NCBI RefSeq assembly: GCF_009914755.1
Contig: NC_060930.1
Length of the DNA: 64,000 nucleotides
Source of the DNA: the human T2T-CHM13v2.0 reference genome, Homo sapiens
Reading direction: 5' to 3' (one strand)
Both the position numbers and the translations under genes were made by a program. Below, one piece after another: positions 12,807 through 27,460 of the stretch (the stretch's first letter is position 1; every line of letters starts with the position of its first letter). A model generated the notes under the pieces. That model saw only the letters and a program-made list of their open reading frames with translations. It did not search any database and was not told where the DNA came from.

Positions 12807-12905
12807 CCTATGGGCCTGGACACTTTCAAAGAGCTCAAGTAAGGTTCATTTGAAACTTGTTCCAGTTGAGCTCTTTAAAAGGGTCCTGGCCCATAGAAAA
12901 AAAAA
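12799..12905. repeat. Inverted repeat: 40-bp arms (36/40 paired), 27-nt loop
   Basis: 12799-12838 is the reverse complement of 12866-12905, checked base by base. Confidence 0.92.
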
Positions 12906-13463
12906 GAGGCTGTGAAAACATAAAATTATAAGCCTCATATATTTTACCTCAGCCTTGTCTAGAAAACATATTAGGGCAGAAACTACTAACTTTAACTAAT
13001 GACTGTAAATGAAGAAACTTGGACAAATGGTGACTGTTGACACAAGTGCTTTGGGAGGACAAGCATGTGGCCAGCCATCACTTACTGTTAGATGAGAACA
13101 ACATTAGTGAATACTTGCATAATTGTTACTACACAGTTTAATTAATATTTATTTGTACCCCATCAATATAAAGTTATCCCAACACTACAAAGTTTGCTAA
13201 TTAGAACAAAGAGACTTGCTATAGCAGTAAAATATATTTTTTCTTTAATTGTTCTCCAAATAGTTGACATATAACCTCTAGTCTAGAATATTTGCTATAA
13301 GAAAAACTACATTTACTAGAATACTGTTATATAAAATTGTGGTCACTTAAGGTTGTAAGCTACATTTGGTTTTACTTATCAACTTTGGTATTTGTTAATT
13401 TACTATGGCATCACTAGCTTTGGTAAATTTAATCTGTACAAAAGCTCTGTGAAATTTTTCTTA

Positions 13464-13846
13464 CACATATACACCATGGAATACTATGCAGCCATAAAAA
13501 ATGATGAGTTCATGTCCTTTGTGGGGACATGGATGAAACTGGAAACCATCATTCTCAGCAAACTATCGCAAGGACAAAATACCAAACACCGCATGTTCTC
13601 ACTCATAGGTGGGAATTGAACAATGAGAACACCTGGACACAGGAAGGGGAACATCAACTCTGGGGACTGTTGTGGGGTGGGGGGCAGGGGGAGGGATAGC
13701 ATTAGGAGATATACCTAATGCTAAATGACGAGTTAATGGGTACAGCACACCAACATGGCACATGTATACATATGTAACAAACCTGCACATTGTGCACATG
13801 TACCCTAAAACTTAAAGTATAATAATAATAAAATAAAATAAAATAA
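13464..13846 (+). mobile_element. L1PA4-like 3' end, 5'-truncated
   Basis: ORF2 C-terminus (HIYTMEYYAAIKNDEF...LIGGN*), 3' UTR with GAG diagnostic, and (TAAAA)n tail. Confidence 0.92.
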
Positions 13847-16800
13847 GAGGAAAATAATTCAAAGTATATAAATAACATAAAACAAAATATGAAAATTAAT
13901 TTATAATAGAATATTGGCACATTATATAAACAGATAACTCAAAAAAGAAATAATACATAAAAGAGAAATATGACAAATAACATTCAGTGATAGTGAAACT
14001 TCATGAAATAATACTTTCATTATATTGCTGGTGAAATAAAAATTGGTAAGCTTTCCGTGGTGATTTTTTATAATAGTCATATTCTTTGACCTGGTCATTC
14101 TACTCTTAGGACAGAAATTAACCAGGGAGATGCTCAGAGATGTAAGTTACAAGGTTGAAAGCTGTAGCATTATTTATATTGTTAATATAATGTATTTATC
14201 CAAGGGAGTTGTATGCAGGAGTGAAAAATACCATTTAAAAATATATATTTAATGATGTAGAATGCTGTTATATTAAATAAAAGTTGCATAACCAAAAAAA
14301 AATAGGCAGATAGCTGAAGGCATATTTCCTCATTGAAAATGATTCCCAAGTAAAATACAAAAGTGTCTTGCACACTGACTTTAGGCCACAACTCAGAATT
14401 TGTTGTCAAGGTGAAATGGATTTCAAAGACCTAGGAAGGGTGAATGAATAGAGTGTGTGATTAACTGATGGCCGCAGGACATGCTCTGAGATAGCTTCTT
14501 GCATGTGGTGATTCCTGGGCCCAGGACCCTCACTCATGTGCCTGAGGCAGAATGAACTGACTATTCAGTTCTTGTCCTCACTGCCTAACTCATTGTTACA
14601 GGACTTCAGATAAATCTTTTAATATCTTGAAAGGATATTAAAGGTCTGGTGAAGTTCTAAAACACCATTCTTTGATCTCTATTTTCATGAGACCAGTAGA
14701 ATATATTTGTGGGATGGCTGGGGTTTGAGATTAGCCACTGCCATGAAACAATGGAACTAACTGGCACTTCCAGAGCATGAGATCACGATTCTGTTACCAT
14801 GCTCTGATTACTTTCAAATATAGTTGACAGTTCAAAGAAAGGCAGTAATTGCTTCTCAAGACACTTAGCATAATCTCTGATTTCTCAGGCAGCAATGCTG
14901 TTAGTTGCTAGTTATTTTAAACAAAGATGGACAAAAATATGTCTTTGGAAAATATAATATTGCCATTTTATCAGACTTAAAATTTTTTTTGGCATTATAT
15001 TTACCAAACCAAAGCTTTCATGCCAAACTCCAAACACATTTAGACTTGGTTTCAATAGTTTCAGGGTCCACATATGTCTCAGAGATAATTTAATACCATA
15101 TTTCATTTAATGTTCACTTGCACGTTCTGCTTTTGCTACACTTCCAAGTTAGCGTTCTGAATTGATTCAGCAGAATTAATCTTCAAACACTCCTGCTTCT
15201 TTCTGCCAGATGGTCCCTTTGTAAGTTCTTTAGAGGATATTGGACTGGTAAAAATAAAGATCTTACTTTGTTAAGTGGTTATCCTATCATAAGAAGATCA
15301 AAATAGACACTGGTCGATTTTCAGACCAATCAATTGAACCCCCTTGGGCATAAGTGGGCAATATGAGCCATTTAATAGCTATTGGAGAGTTATAAAACTA
15401 AGAAACAATTTGTTTGGGTAAAGTTTATCTCCTTGTAAAAGTGATTGTTTCTTATTATAGTATTTAAGAGGCTGATTATGTAATCAGGGTAATATTTTTA
15501 GATGTGTTTGTAAAGCTGAAGTTTTGCTCTGCTGGCAAAAGAATCCACCCAAGTTGTCATGAGCAGAAAATGCTTGGCAAAAAGGGTTCAGTGTAGGCGC
15601 TCTTCTTTTCTCTTTTTGTGAGAACTACCATGATAAGTCATGTGAAACAAATGCTTAAGATCTAATTGTGTTCTAAGTGGCCCCTTTGAAGTGACTCAAG
15701 TTATCTCCCTTTTAGAGGAAAAAAACTCAGCATTAAGAATAATTGGTTAACTCGCCTCCAACAAGTTTTTCTAATCATAACAATGCACTTATAATAAAAA
15801 ATAGGAATACTTTTGTATTCAGATGTCAAACTTTTCTTGGAGAAAAGGTTGGAAAACAGTATAGTGAGGGCACGGGAAAGGAAATATGCCTCTCTCGGAT
15901 ACTATAAATCTCATAGGACTCTATAATTTTGAACTAAATGTTTAGTTCATAAATTAATAAAATGTAAGGAACAAAATGGGAGAAGATGAGCAGTGACAAC
16001 AAGTGCTTTCTGTATTTGTCAGGGTCCAATATGGAAAATAGAAACCACTTCAGGTATCTCAAGCAGAGAGGAATTAATGCAGGGAACTGGCTGAACACTT
16101 GTTGGAAGGATGGAGGACCAACTCAGAAAAGGGCATGTTACCCAGTGATGAGCGGCCACCTCTGCTACTGCCACTGTAGCCACTGCTGTTGGAATCATGC
16201 TGCTGAACTCCTGCTTCTGCTGCTGCCAGAAGTACCACCAGGAGGTAAGAGGAGGTGAGGTATTTTAGCTGATTTGCCAAAGACTCTTAGGTGAGATGCA
16301 CACAGGGTTGGAAGAGTAATCTCAAGATGGACTGGAGGACAATAGCTCTGTATTTGCTGCAGACTAGAATTATGGAAGGAGGCAGAGTCAGTAATGACTG
16401 AGACATTTTTACAGAAAATTGTTGAATTAAGGATGTTGTAGCCCACCTCAAGAGTTCGGGAAATTAATTCATTTTGAAAATATAATCAGAATATGTTCCA
16501 GTTCACCAGCATAGGGTGGTTGTATTTCCTTTAGTTACAAAATGCAAGCCCCCTCACATGTCTGAAGTCTACTGTTTTCTTTGAGTCTCTCTTATCACAT
16601 AATGCAAAGCTTAATTTTCTGGTCTATGAATTAGTTTTTGTTTTTCATCTGCTACAACTGTTTAGGAGAGAAGAAAGCACAACACATCCTTAGAGACTGA
16701 CCTCCACATAGCTGACCCTGATCTGTCCTCTCTGCTTGTTTTTTTCTGTCTCCAGTATCTTTTTCTGTGAAAATATCTCCTTACTGTGCTATTCCATTCT

Positions 16801-19578
16801 CTTTTATATCCAACATATTAGTACGGAAGCCTGGGGTGGACACCACATATCCCGGCTCACACTATGGTGGATCTGGACCAAATACATTGACAACAGAAAG
16901 AAATGAAGAAATGCCAGTAATTTGAATACTAGCTTTCTTGTTTTTTGAAGGTGGTTGAGAGGTGGCTGTATGTAGAATGAAGGAATCAGCCATTTAAATT
17001 GGGTTGACTAATCAGTTAAATCAAATAACTACATGTTTATTTTTCTCCTCACCATGTTAACCAAGTGTTTGACAGAACAGAGTGGTTAATTAAATAAAAT
17101 GGACATTTCAGCACTTAACTTTATCATACACGTTTGTTACTTAAAAAGTATTTTTAAATTGGAACCAGTGAATTACTGAAAATCGGTTTGCAAACTATTG
17201 CTTTGAAGAGCTTAATATTTGTCTAGAGAGTCACCTAAGATCTAGAAACTGGCTTGAAAAGCAGGTCATTAGCACCCACATTTTCTTTATGTTCTTCATT
17301 TATCTATCACCTCTTATCAACTCTTTAAAGTTCAATCATATCTTTTACCAGTATTTGGTCCTGCCTGTGCCTTCCTCTGGCTCCTACCCAGCTCCAAAGT
17401 TCTACTGGGTGATTGCAGTGCCTATCTATCAATACCTAGATCTGTTCGGCATCACTTTGGTCGTGAGGAAATGAGACTTTTGGTTAACCATTATAGAAAA
17501 TAGGAGCTAGCACATTCTCATGTCTCTAATTAAGAGGCCCTTTCCTTTGTGTAGTCACTGGGGTTGACTGTGGCCTTGAGGGTCTATTGCAATTGAGGAA
17601 ATCTTAGAAAAGAGCCAAATATGTTTAATTCTGTTCCCTAAGCATACCACCATGCCATTAAATGCTCATAGCACTTTTTTCCCCCACTAAGTCTCTTAAG
17701 AATTTTGAGTATCTACATGTTCTGAAGGAAAATTTCAACTGTATTTGGACCAAGATGCAAAATGCAGTTTATTGTACTTTCATCTCACAGTCATTCCATG
17801 AAGTTTGTGATTTACCATGTGGCTCCAAAACCAAATGCGTGGCACTGATGCATTGGGATTTATTGGTGAGACAGTGTGATATAAGCAAAGAGGAGAGTCA
17901 GGAAAAGCGGGGTGCGCAGCGCTTGGCAGAAGCTATTTACTAAGGGGGAATAGGCACACGGTAGGGTCAATAGTGGGCTTGGCTAATATCAGAGGTTCAA
18001 TTAGGCAAGTAAGCCATGGTGATCAAGAAACTTGGATTCCCAGATATGGTTCAGGCAAGCATTTGGCACCTTATGTCTGAGCCAAAGAGGCAGGAGGCAA
18101 AAGGAGTATGGCGATGGGAAATATGTGTATATGCTTGGTGTGTGTGAGAGTTTTACATAAATAATTCATAATGCAGATAGTGTATGCCTAGATGACTGAG
18201 ACTTAGCAGTAGAGAGAAGAAAGTTGAAAAGGCATGCTACGTGGAGGGTGTTTTATGCTTTCTGAGTCTGCGCTTCGACCTGGTCTAAGTTGTTTTCATC
18301 AGAAATAAATCACTACTGACATTTCATTTTTAGTCACAACTCTAAAATCTTATTCTACATTCTTGAAAAATCCTTGGTTTGGCAAATAAAAATTGGCAGC
18401 TACTATCTGTAGAAATCCATTCTCTTGAGGTGAAGTTGACAGAATCATTTAATATAAGCCCAATTCTCCCACACAGGAGAGTTGTGAAGATTAATGAAGC
18501 CATTTAAAAAAATTCTTTGACAGCATATTGTAGAAAAGGCTTTTTAGAAAAATATTATTAAATCTAGATTTTTGTGATAGGGACGTAATCTTTTCCTAAA
18601 TAAATTAGAATCTGTCTATTCATCTCTCTATCTCTCTAATCTCTCTTCCCCAGAGGAATGTCTTTCACATGTATTTGATTTTTAACCTAGAGTAAGAAAT
18701 ATATTTTATTTCACATACTAGTGTGTGCATGTATGCACACCACACCTGGAAACGTATATTGTTTGCACAACTGTGCTCTGTTCTATCAATTAAGGGGGAA
18801 AGGAGGTAAAACAGCTGGTTGAGCTACTAAATTGGTTTCATGGCTTTCTGGTTGCAACTTGTGGCTTAAAAAACACTACTAGTACATATCCTAAGTAAAC
18901 AGATAAGCATTTAGAAATATCTATGCCAAAACCCTATGTAGAAATTATTCAAAGCAGGAACTCAAAGCACAAGAATCAGGTAATTGTTTAACTAGGCCAG
19001 AGTTGTTTTCTTCAGGGACCTGGCAGGGGCAGTAAAAGCCTATAACAAGCTGCTTCTAAGTTCGCCCTAATTGAGCACTGACTCCCCCTTGAGGTTTCTG
19101 ATTGAACTTTTTTCTTTTTATTGCTGTGAGCAATACAGAAATTAATAGGCTAATTCCTGTACCTGGTCCATATGGTATCTTTTGACAAATAATAACATTA
19201 TTATTTAAATGAGTGTTTAAAGAGACTAAAGTTATTTCATATGAGTTTTTGCAGTTACATGCATATTTGTGCTAGACGATAACTACACACTTAGTTCTAG
19301 TCCTTCTTCCATTGTTCTACAGAAATCTAGATGACAGTCTGTTTTCTGTCACCATCCAGCATTGAGAATCCCCAGAGGCCATTCAGGCATTTGTCTATGT
19401 TGGCACTGGGACATTTCCTCAAGTCAAAATGGAGAATTTCTGCCCATTTGCTTTCACTTTTTCAAAATGACTGGCCAGTTTTGTTGAAATAGCCTGACCT
19501 TATACTTTAATAATCACCTACACAGAAATTAACTACTGTCCCTGTTTCCTCAACTTAGGAGTTCTAAAAATCAGTATA

Positions 19579-19932
<354 letters not shown>

Positions 19933-20777
19933 TCATTTTTAAAGAGCACTTGGTATTCAAAATCTCACACTGTTTCATAAACCTTTCAGCACAAATCTGT
20001 ACAGGGCAGTGACATGCTGTTTTGATTGTGTCTCAGCTCATTTATTTAAAAGGCCTGAAAGTTTGTTTCAGCAGATTTCCTGCAGGTGTGTCTGATTACC
20101 TGGGCTCCACTGATTCAGTAAGATAAATGGAAAACTTAGATCTTCATGAAATAGGGGCTTAAGGGAGAAATTCTGCAATGAATTGTCGTAAGAAGGAAAA
20201 AGTTCCCCATCTCTAGATATACTTAATCATAGGCTTGCTGACTACTTGTTTGAGACACTTTGGGAAGGAGAGTAATGTAGAATTAGATAGCTTGTAAGGT
20301 CTCAGCCCATTGAGAAATTCTATGAGTTTAAATTATGTGAAAAGATTGTCATATTTAGCTTTCAGATCTATTGAATTTTCAGTGACAGGCATATGGGCTG
20401 GCACCCAATATAGTAAGTTATCATTTGTGAAGTCTGGGTTCAGTATGGTAGCAACTTCAGAAAATCCTTTGCTGAATTTGTTCTTCAGCTTAAAAACTTC
20501 AGTCACTATTCTTTAGCCTTTTTCTTCTTCCTTTTCCTGGGGTGTCAAGCTCTACATTTGCAGAAAAATTGTTAACGTTTAAATATTAGGGAATCCAGAT
20601 AACATCAGGCATAAGCATTCTTTGAAGAATCTCTAATGGTTCTTAATCATTTTGGAATCACGGATGCTTTTGGACCCTGCCCAGAACAGTGCACATTGAA
20701 TTTTACAGGCTTAGAGGATTCACCCCAGATTAAGAATCCTTGTAATGAGCAATAGAAATGATCCCTGAAAGTATCGA

Positions 20778-22158
20778 AGACCCGAAGCCATGAAACTACT
20801 AGAATAAAATATTGAGGAAATGATTTAGGACATTGGTCTGGGCAAATACTTTTTAAAATAAGACCTCAAAAGCACAGGCAACCTAAGCAAAAATAGAAAA
20901 ATGGGATTATATCAAACAATCAACAAAGTGACGAGACAACCCGCAGAATGAGGGAGAAAATATGTGCAAACTACTTGAGGGGATGATGGATACCCGACTC
21001 TTCATGATGTGCTTATTTCACATTGCATGCTGTATGAAAATATCTCATGTACCCAATATATATATATACCTACTATGTACCCACAAAAATAAGTAAAATA
21101 AAAGTCTAGCGAAAAAATATTTACAAACTATTCACTTGACAAGGGATTAATGATCAGAATATATAAGGAGCTCAAATAACTCTGTAGCAAAAAAAGATCT
21201 GATTAAAAAGTGGACAAAAGATCTGGATATTTCTCGAAAGAAGACATACAAATGGCCAAAAGACATATGAAAAAAAACCCAACATCACTAGTCATCAGAG
21301 AAATGCAAATCAAAAGTACAGTGAGATATCATCTCATCCCAGTTAAAATGGCTTTAATAAAAGAGACAGGCAATAATGAATGCTAGAAAAGATGTAGAGA
21401 AAGGTGAAACCTCATACATTGTGATGGGAATGTAAATTGGTACAGCCACTACGGAGAACAGTATGTAGGTTCCTCAAAAAACTAAAAATAGAACTACCAT
21501 ACGATCCAGCAATTCACTATTGCGTATATATCCAAATGAAAGGAAATTAAGATATCAAAGAGACACTTGCACTCCCAAGTTTATCTCAGCGCTATTCACA
21601 ATAACCGAAATGTGGAATCAACCCAAGTGCCCATCAATGGATGAATGGGTAAAGAAAATATGGCATATATACACAACGGAGTATTTTTCAGCCATAATAA
21701 ATGAAATCCTGTCATTTGCTGCAACATGGATAAAACTAGAGGTCATGTTAAGTGAAATAAGCCAACCACAGAAACACACATATTATATGTTCTCCCTTAT
21801 ATATGGGTGCTAAAAAAGTGAATTTCATGAAGATAGAGAGTAGATTAGTGTTTACCAGGGAGTGGGGAAGGTAGAGGTGGGGATAAAGAAGAAAAGTTGA
21901 TTAATGGGTACAGGTATACAGTTTGATAGATGAAATAAGACCATGTTAGATAGATAAATAGGGTGACTATAGTTTATGATAATCTATTATATATTTCAAA
22001 ATAGCTAGAAAAGAATTTGAATGGTTCTTGCATAAAAAAGACACAAACATTTAAGGAGATGAATATTCCAACTACACTAATTTGATCTTTACAAATTATA
22101 TTAATGTATTAAATTATCACATACATCTCAAAACTATGTGCATCTATTAAAAAAAAGA
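20778..22158 (+). mobile_element. L1MA4-like 3' portion with a nested L1MA1-3 3' tip (20974-21112)
   Basis: ORF2 C-terminal homology (ORF 21520..21813). The nested piece is flanked by degenerate TSD aaaatat(g/t)t(g/a)caaacta. Confidence 0.85.
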
Positions 22159-22453
22159 ACCTTTGCAAAGAAAAATGTATTCTCTCCAGTGTCTCATATT
22201 CTTACTTTTTAGGGACTGCCAGGACACACCAACTAGTCCTCAAGTTATTCTCAAGAGGCATTGAATTTCTTTGTAAATGAAACACATTAATGGAAGTAAT
22301 AAATACCATATCCCCTGCCCAACAATAACCAAATTATATTTACATTAAAATAATCTGAGAATGGAAAAGGAGTTCATCAAGCATAAAAACTGAGAAAATC
22401 ACAAAGGAAAAAAGCTGATGGATATGATGTAAAAATATAAAAATAAAAGATGG

Positions 22454-22755
22454 GGCCAGGTGCGGTGGTTCACGCCTATAATCCCAGCACTTTGGGAGGC
22501 CGAGGTGGGTAGATCACTTGAGGTCAGGAGTTTGAGACCCATTTGGTCAACATGGTGAAACCCTGTCTCTATTAAAAATACAAAAATTAGCCGGGCGTGG
22601 TGGCACTCGCCTCGAATCTCAGCTACTCGGGAGGCTGAGGCAGGAGAATTTCTTGGTCCTGGAAGGCAGAGGTTGCAGTGAGCTGAGATTGTGCCATGCT
22701 CCACACTGCACACCAGCCTGGGCGACAGAGCAAGATTCCATCTAAAAAAAAAAAA
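22454..22755 (+). mobile_element. Alu, AluSx/Sz-like
   Basis: Full dimer. TSD aaaagatgg at 22445-22453 and 22756-22764. Confidence 0.93.
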
Positions 22756-23589
22756 AAAAGATGGTTCATCAAAGGACACCATTAACAAGATTAAAAGGAA
22801 AATGAGAAATTGGAGAAAATAATTACAGCCAACATTTAGTATATGAAAGGCCTTTTAAAATCAATAAGAAAACATTAAAAATGTAAAAAATGGCTGAAGT
22901 ATATGAAAATATGAAAATACCATTTTTCCTACAGCAATTATTGACTGATTACCATGTGGCAGACACAGAGGGTCTTGGGATAGACAAATATCCTGTCTTC
23001 AAGGAGCTTAATTCACAGTAAATGAAAATGGTCAATTAACATATGAAAAATGCCTACATGTACTTAGAGATCAAAGAAATGCACAAAATTGTTGAGAAAC
23101 AATTTTGACCTGTGATATTAGTAGAGAAGAAAAATAATAATACTGAATGGTGTTGAGAAGATGGGGAACAGATGCTGTTATCTGTTGCAGGTAGGTGGTT
23201 CCATGGTGCGTGGCAAAAGGTATTAAGAATTTTAAGAACTGGGTACTCTTTTATTTATTTATTTCTCTTCTATGAATCTGTCCCAAAAAAGTGTCAAAAA
23301 CTCAGACAATACTTACGTATCAAAAATGTCCATTGCAATATTAGTTATAACCTTAAAAAACTGGGAGTAACCTAAGTTCTATTTAAAAATATATACCATC
23401 ATTCAAATTGTGTTAAGGTAACCTATAGGCTTAGAAATAAAAAATAGAAACCATTGTGATTTTCATTTTACTTTTTCTTTTTTTATTTCTAAATTTCCTA
23501 TTTTTTATTACTTTTGTAATGAAATGTTATTATGATAAAATATTAGCAATGATTATCTCTGGTTTCTGAATTAGGGATGATTTTTCTTT

Positions 23590-24335
23590 TCTTTTTTTGA
23601 GTTGTCTTTTTACAAAACTGACACATAGCAATTGTACATATAAATGGGGTACATACTGATGTTTTGGTACATATAATAGTGATCATCAGGGTAACTGACA
23701 TATCCATCATCTTAAATACCTATCATTTCTTTGTGTTGGAAATATTCAATATACTCCTTCTAGCTGTTTGAAACTATGTAATATATTATTGTTAACTATA
23801 GTCATCTTACAGTGATGTAGATGTAGAACACTAGAACTTATTTCCCCTATCTAGACGTAATTTTGTATCTTTTAACAAATATCTCCCTATCTCTGTCTTC
23901 CCCATGCCCTGTCCAACCTCTAGTATCCTCTGTTCTACTTTTTGCTTCTGTCAGATCAATTTCTTTTAGTTTCCACATATGAGTGAGAACATGCAGTGTT
24001 TAATTTTCTGTTGTTGGATTATTTCTCCTAACATAATGTCCTCCAGTTTCATCCTTGTTGCTGAAAATGACAGTATTTCACTCTTTTTAATGGCTGAATA
24101 GTATTCCATTGTGTATATATGCCACATTTTCTTTATCCATTCTTCTGCTGTTGGACGTGTAGGTTGATTCCACATGTTGGCTATTAAGCATAGTGCTGCA
24201 ATAAACATTAGAGTGCAGGTGTCCCTTTGATATACTGATTTCTTTACCTGTGGCCCAGTAGTGGGATTGCTGGATCATATGTAGGTCTATTTTTAGTTTT
24301 TGAGGAACCTCCAGACTGTTCTCCACAGTGCCTGT
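23590..24335 (-). mobile_element. L1MA (MA5-7-like) 3' end
   Basis: ORF 23966..24208 is the ORF2 C-terminus (MWHIYTMEYYSAIKK); L1MA-type 3' UTR. Confidence 0.85.
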
Positions 24336-26714
24336 ATTACTTGTTTTCCAAATTCTCTATAGTGAGCATATTCTTATACCTTTTATAAGTTCAGAGATAA
24401 AAAAAAATGTTATCTTTAAAACCCACATCTGGACTACAAGAATATATTTAAAAATGTTTTTCAAATAATGCCATCATATTATAATAATTATATGGAAGCA
24501 AGATAGAAAGTATTCATGTAGAGAAGACACCTGGTATTATAGAACCAACTCTCTTTAGAATCTGTAGTTATTTAGCTTGATAACATTTACAGGAATTCGA
24601 TTCATTGAAAAAGACGACAGAACTGAGCATTTTCCACTTGATACCTAATCTAATTTTATAATTTTGAAAAGGTTATTCTTTGAACTTTCAAACATTCTTA
24701 AAATATGCTAGGCATTTTTGAAGTTCAGAAATTGGTTTACAGAAGTGCAGGCTTTAAGTTAAGCACTTGTATTATTTATTAAATACCATTTTCATAGATT
24801 TACAGTAAGGCATTTGAAGCCACATTAAATCTTTTTTATCTCATTTATTTATATTTTTTCACATGAAATCTTAAGGAATGCAAATTGGTTGCCTTTTAGA
24901 AAATCCTAAGCTCAAATAAAGGGAAAATGTCTGCAAGGATTTTAATACATAAATGATATGTCAGTGCTTTATCACTACATTTAGAATAAAGAAATAAAAA
25001 GAGGAGGTTTAAAGAGATTAAAACATGTTTACCTGAATGATAAACATGTTTTCTCAGTTTATATGACAAATCTTTCTATTTGTTAACATCTAGATAGATA
25101 TCTTTCCACATCCATGTGTAACTATGAACATGCATATAAATATGAGTATAAATATATGCACAACACATGCACACAGACACTCCTCAATATCCCTGAGAGT
25201 ATTCTTTGTCTCTCTTCCTTTCTCATTAATTCATTCCTTTATTTATTTCATTAACTGTTTCCTGAATACTTCTTATGTAACAGATACTTAGGTACCACAG
25301 ATGCTAAGATGAGTCAGATGCATTCTGGATTTAAGAAGCTTACAATGTAGTATATAAGATAATTATGCAAGAAATATCACTGATTATACTATAATAGAGG
25401 GAGTTACAAAGTATTATGTAAGTACTAACAAGAGGATGGCTAACTTGGCTTGCTTTGGGGTTAGGAATAGAAGGAAATAATATTTAAACTTGGTGTAATG
25501 AGCAGAGGTTTGTTAGGTGGAGGGGAAAAAGCCCCCTAGATTTGTGAATGTATACCCCTCATGTAGGACTGACCAAACTACAGGGTGAGTAGAGGAGAAT
25601 GGTCACCGTGGCTCAACAGTGAAAGGCTTTGTACATCAGGTTACACTGAAGCCTCAATTCCAGAGGCCTGGAGCATGACTGTGATCAAGCCCCAGAGTGT
25701 CCTTTGTCTCAAGGCCAAGGATCATCTTGTTGTTCTTCTGTTCCAATTATCACAGAGTGCTCCTTGCAGGTATACAATCAGTACCCCTCTGTGCAGAAGG
25801 CAACCCTCCATTCTTGCTGAAGAAGTGCTTTAAGTAAGTCCATTTTTCTCTTCAGGTGTACCTTTTTCAGAATCAAATAGTAAACAGTACTCACAGTGCT
25901 TTCAGGAGACCTTCTCATTTGCAATGATCTGGGAATCCCAAACTCTGTTAAAAAGCAGCAAATACCTACTCAGGCTGGCAACTGGGTCAAAATGTTAATT
26001 ACTCTCCAACAATCACATTTTTTTTTTCTCTCTTCATTTGCTCTTTCACCTCTTCAGAGACTGTAATCGAGTTTGAATTTTCCTTACTGCTGAGACTACT
26101 GTGGTGTTAAAAAGAAGTTAGCCCTTTGCCTGTCTCCCGGGCACTTATGATGTCAGACGTCATTGGGTTCTCTCCTTTTTCAAGTTAATTACATTCAGTG
26201 TGAGTTTGAATTTTCAAATCCATCTGTTTTCCCCATCTCTGTAGGCAGTTTATTTATATCTACCCTTTTAAATAGAAAAGAAATAGAACAACAGCTTCCT
26301 CATACTTTAAGCATTTTCTGTTCGCTGCTATAGCTATTTCTTTTAGAATAAAATTGCTGGAAGTGAATTTGTTTCACAGCTGCTCTCTAAGTACTGATGA
26401 AAAACTGCCCAGTGCAGGTTGGGTTTCTCTTTGTTATCCTCTCCTATAGGCATCTATTACAATTTATAGACTTGTGTGTTTGCACTTTTAATGCTAACTG
26501 GACTATAAACTCTGTAAGGGCAGGAAAATGTTTTTTCACCAAGCTGTATCTGAAACATATTTTATATTCATGCTATAGATATTTATGGAGCAGCTAGCAT
26601 ATTCAAATGGAATAAATGAATGAATGAATGAATCAAGATTCATAATAACTGCATCCTTTAGAGGCTCACAATTTTTTTAATCACAAGGACTATTTTACTA
26701 ATTTTTACTTACAT

Positions 26715-27195
26715 GGATGCTATTTTGGTAACCTATACTATAATACAAATCACCCCAAAACTTCTGGCTTTAAAAACAAGAACGACTTATTATTTCTCAC
26801 AATTTTGTGGATTGGTGGTTGATCATTTGTTGGTTACATCTGAGCCACTCTCATGGCTGTGAATGCTGGAGAGTCAGCTGGTCCAGAGGGTATCATCCAC
26901 ATGTCTGGCAGTTGGTGCTGGCTACCATCTTGGGTACCTCAGTTCTCCTTCATGTGGCCTCTCAACCCCAGTAGGCTAGACTGGCTTCATTATGTAGTGT
27001 CTCAAGCAGGTTCAAAAGGGCAAAAGTAGAAGGTTCAAGGAAGGCTCCTTGAGGCCTACCTAGGCTTTGGAATTTACATGGTATCACTTCTGCCATATTC
27101 TACTGGTAAAAGGAAGTTTCAAGGCAGTCTAGATTAAAAATAGACTACTTCTCAATGGGAGAAATTGCAAAACACTGTGGCTGTTTTTTCAATCA
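26715..27195 (-). mobile_element. MaLR LTR (old MLT1)
   Basis: caaatcaccccaaaacttctggctttaaaa...tatttctcacaattttgtgg...atcacttctgccatattctactggt. Confidence 0.65.
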
Positions 27196-27259
27196 AGTAT
27201 TTTTAAATAATGATGTTGATAATCATGATAATGAAGATGATGAGGGGAATGATAAGGAC

Positions 27260-27460
27260 ACTAAAAGTACTGAGTATTTGCACTATCCAAGGCATGTTTG
27301 AAGCACCTTAAACATCCATGTCTCACAACAACAGTTTGAAATGGGTGATGTTATCATCTTCAATTTACAGATAAGGAACTGAGTAGTTACTGAACTTGCT
27401 CAAGGTCTTACAGGCAGTAAGTAGCAATTTAGGGATGCAAACCCAGGTTTACTGGCTTTA
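27260..27460 (-). mobile_element. MIR
   Basis: MIR core: tttacagataaggaactgag...aacttgctcaaggtc. Confidence 0.65.

Noticed and set aside
13445-13870. Twin-priming inversion or target deletion at the L1PA4-like fragment
   Set aside because: No TSD is visible, but the putative inverted piece (ttttctta) is only 8 AT-rich bases and there is no reference to test for a deletion.
15930-15949. Palindrome tgaactaaa-tg-tttagttca
   Set aside because: 9-bp AT-rich arms are expected by chance in 64 kb.
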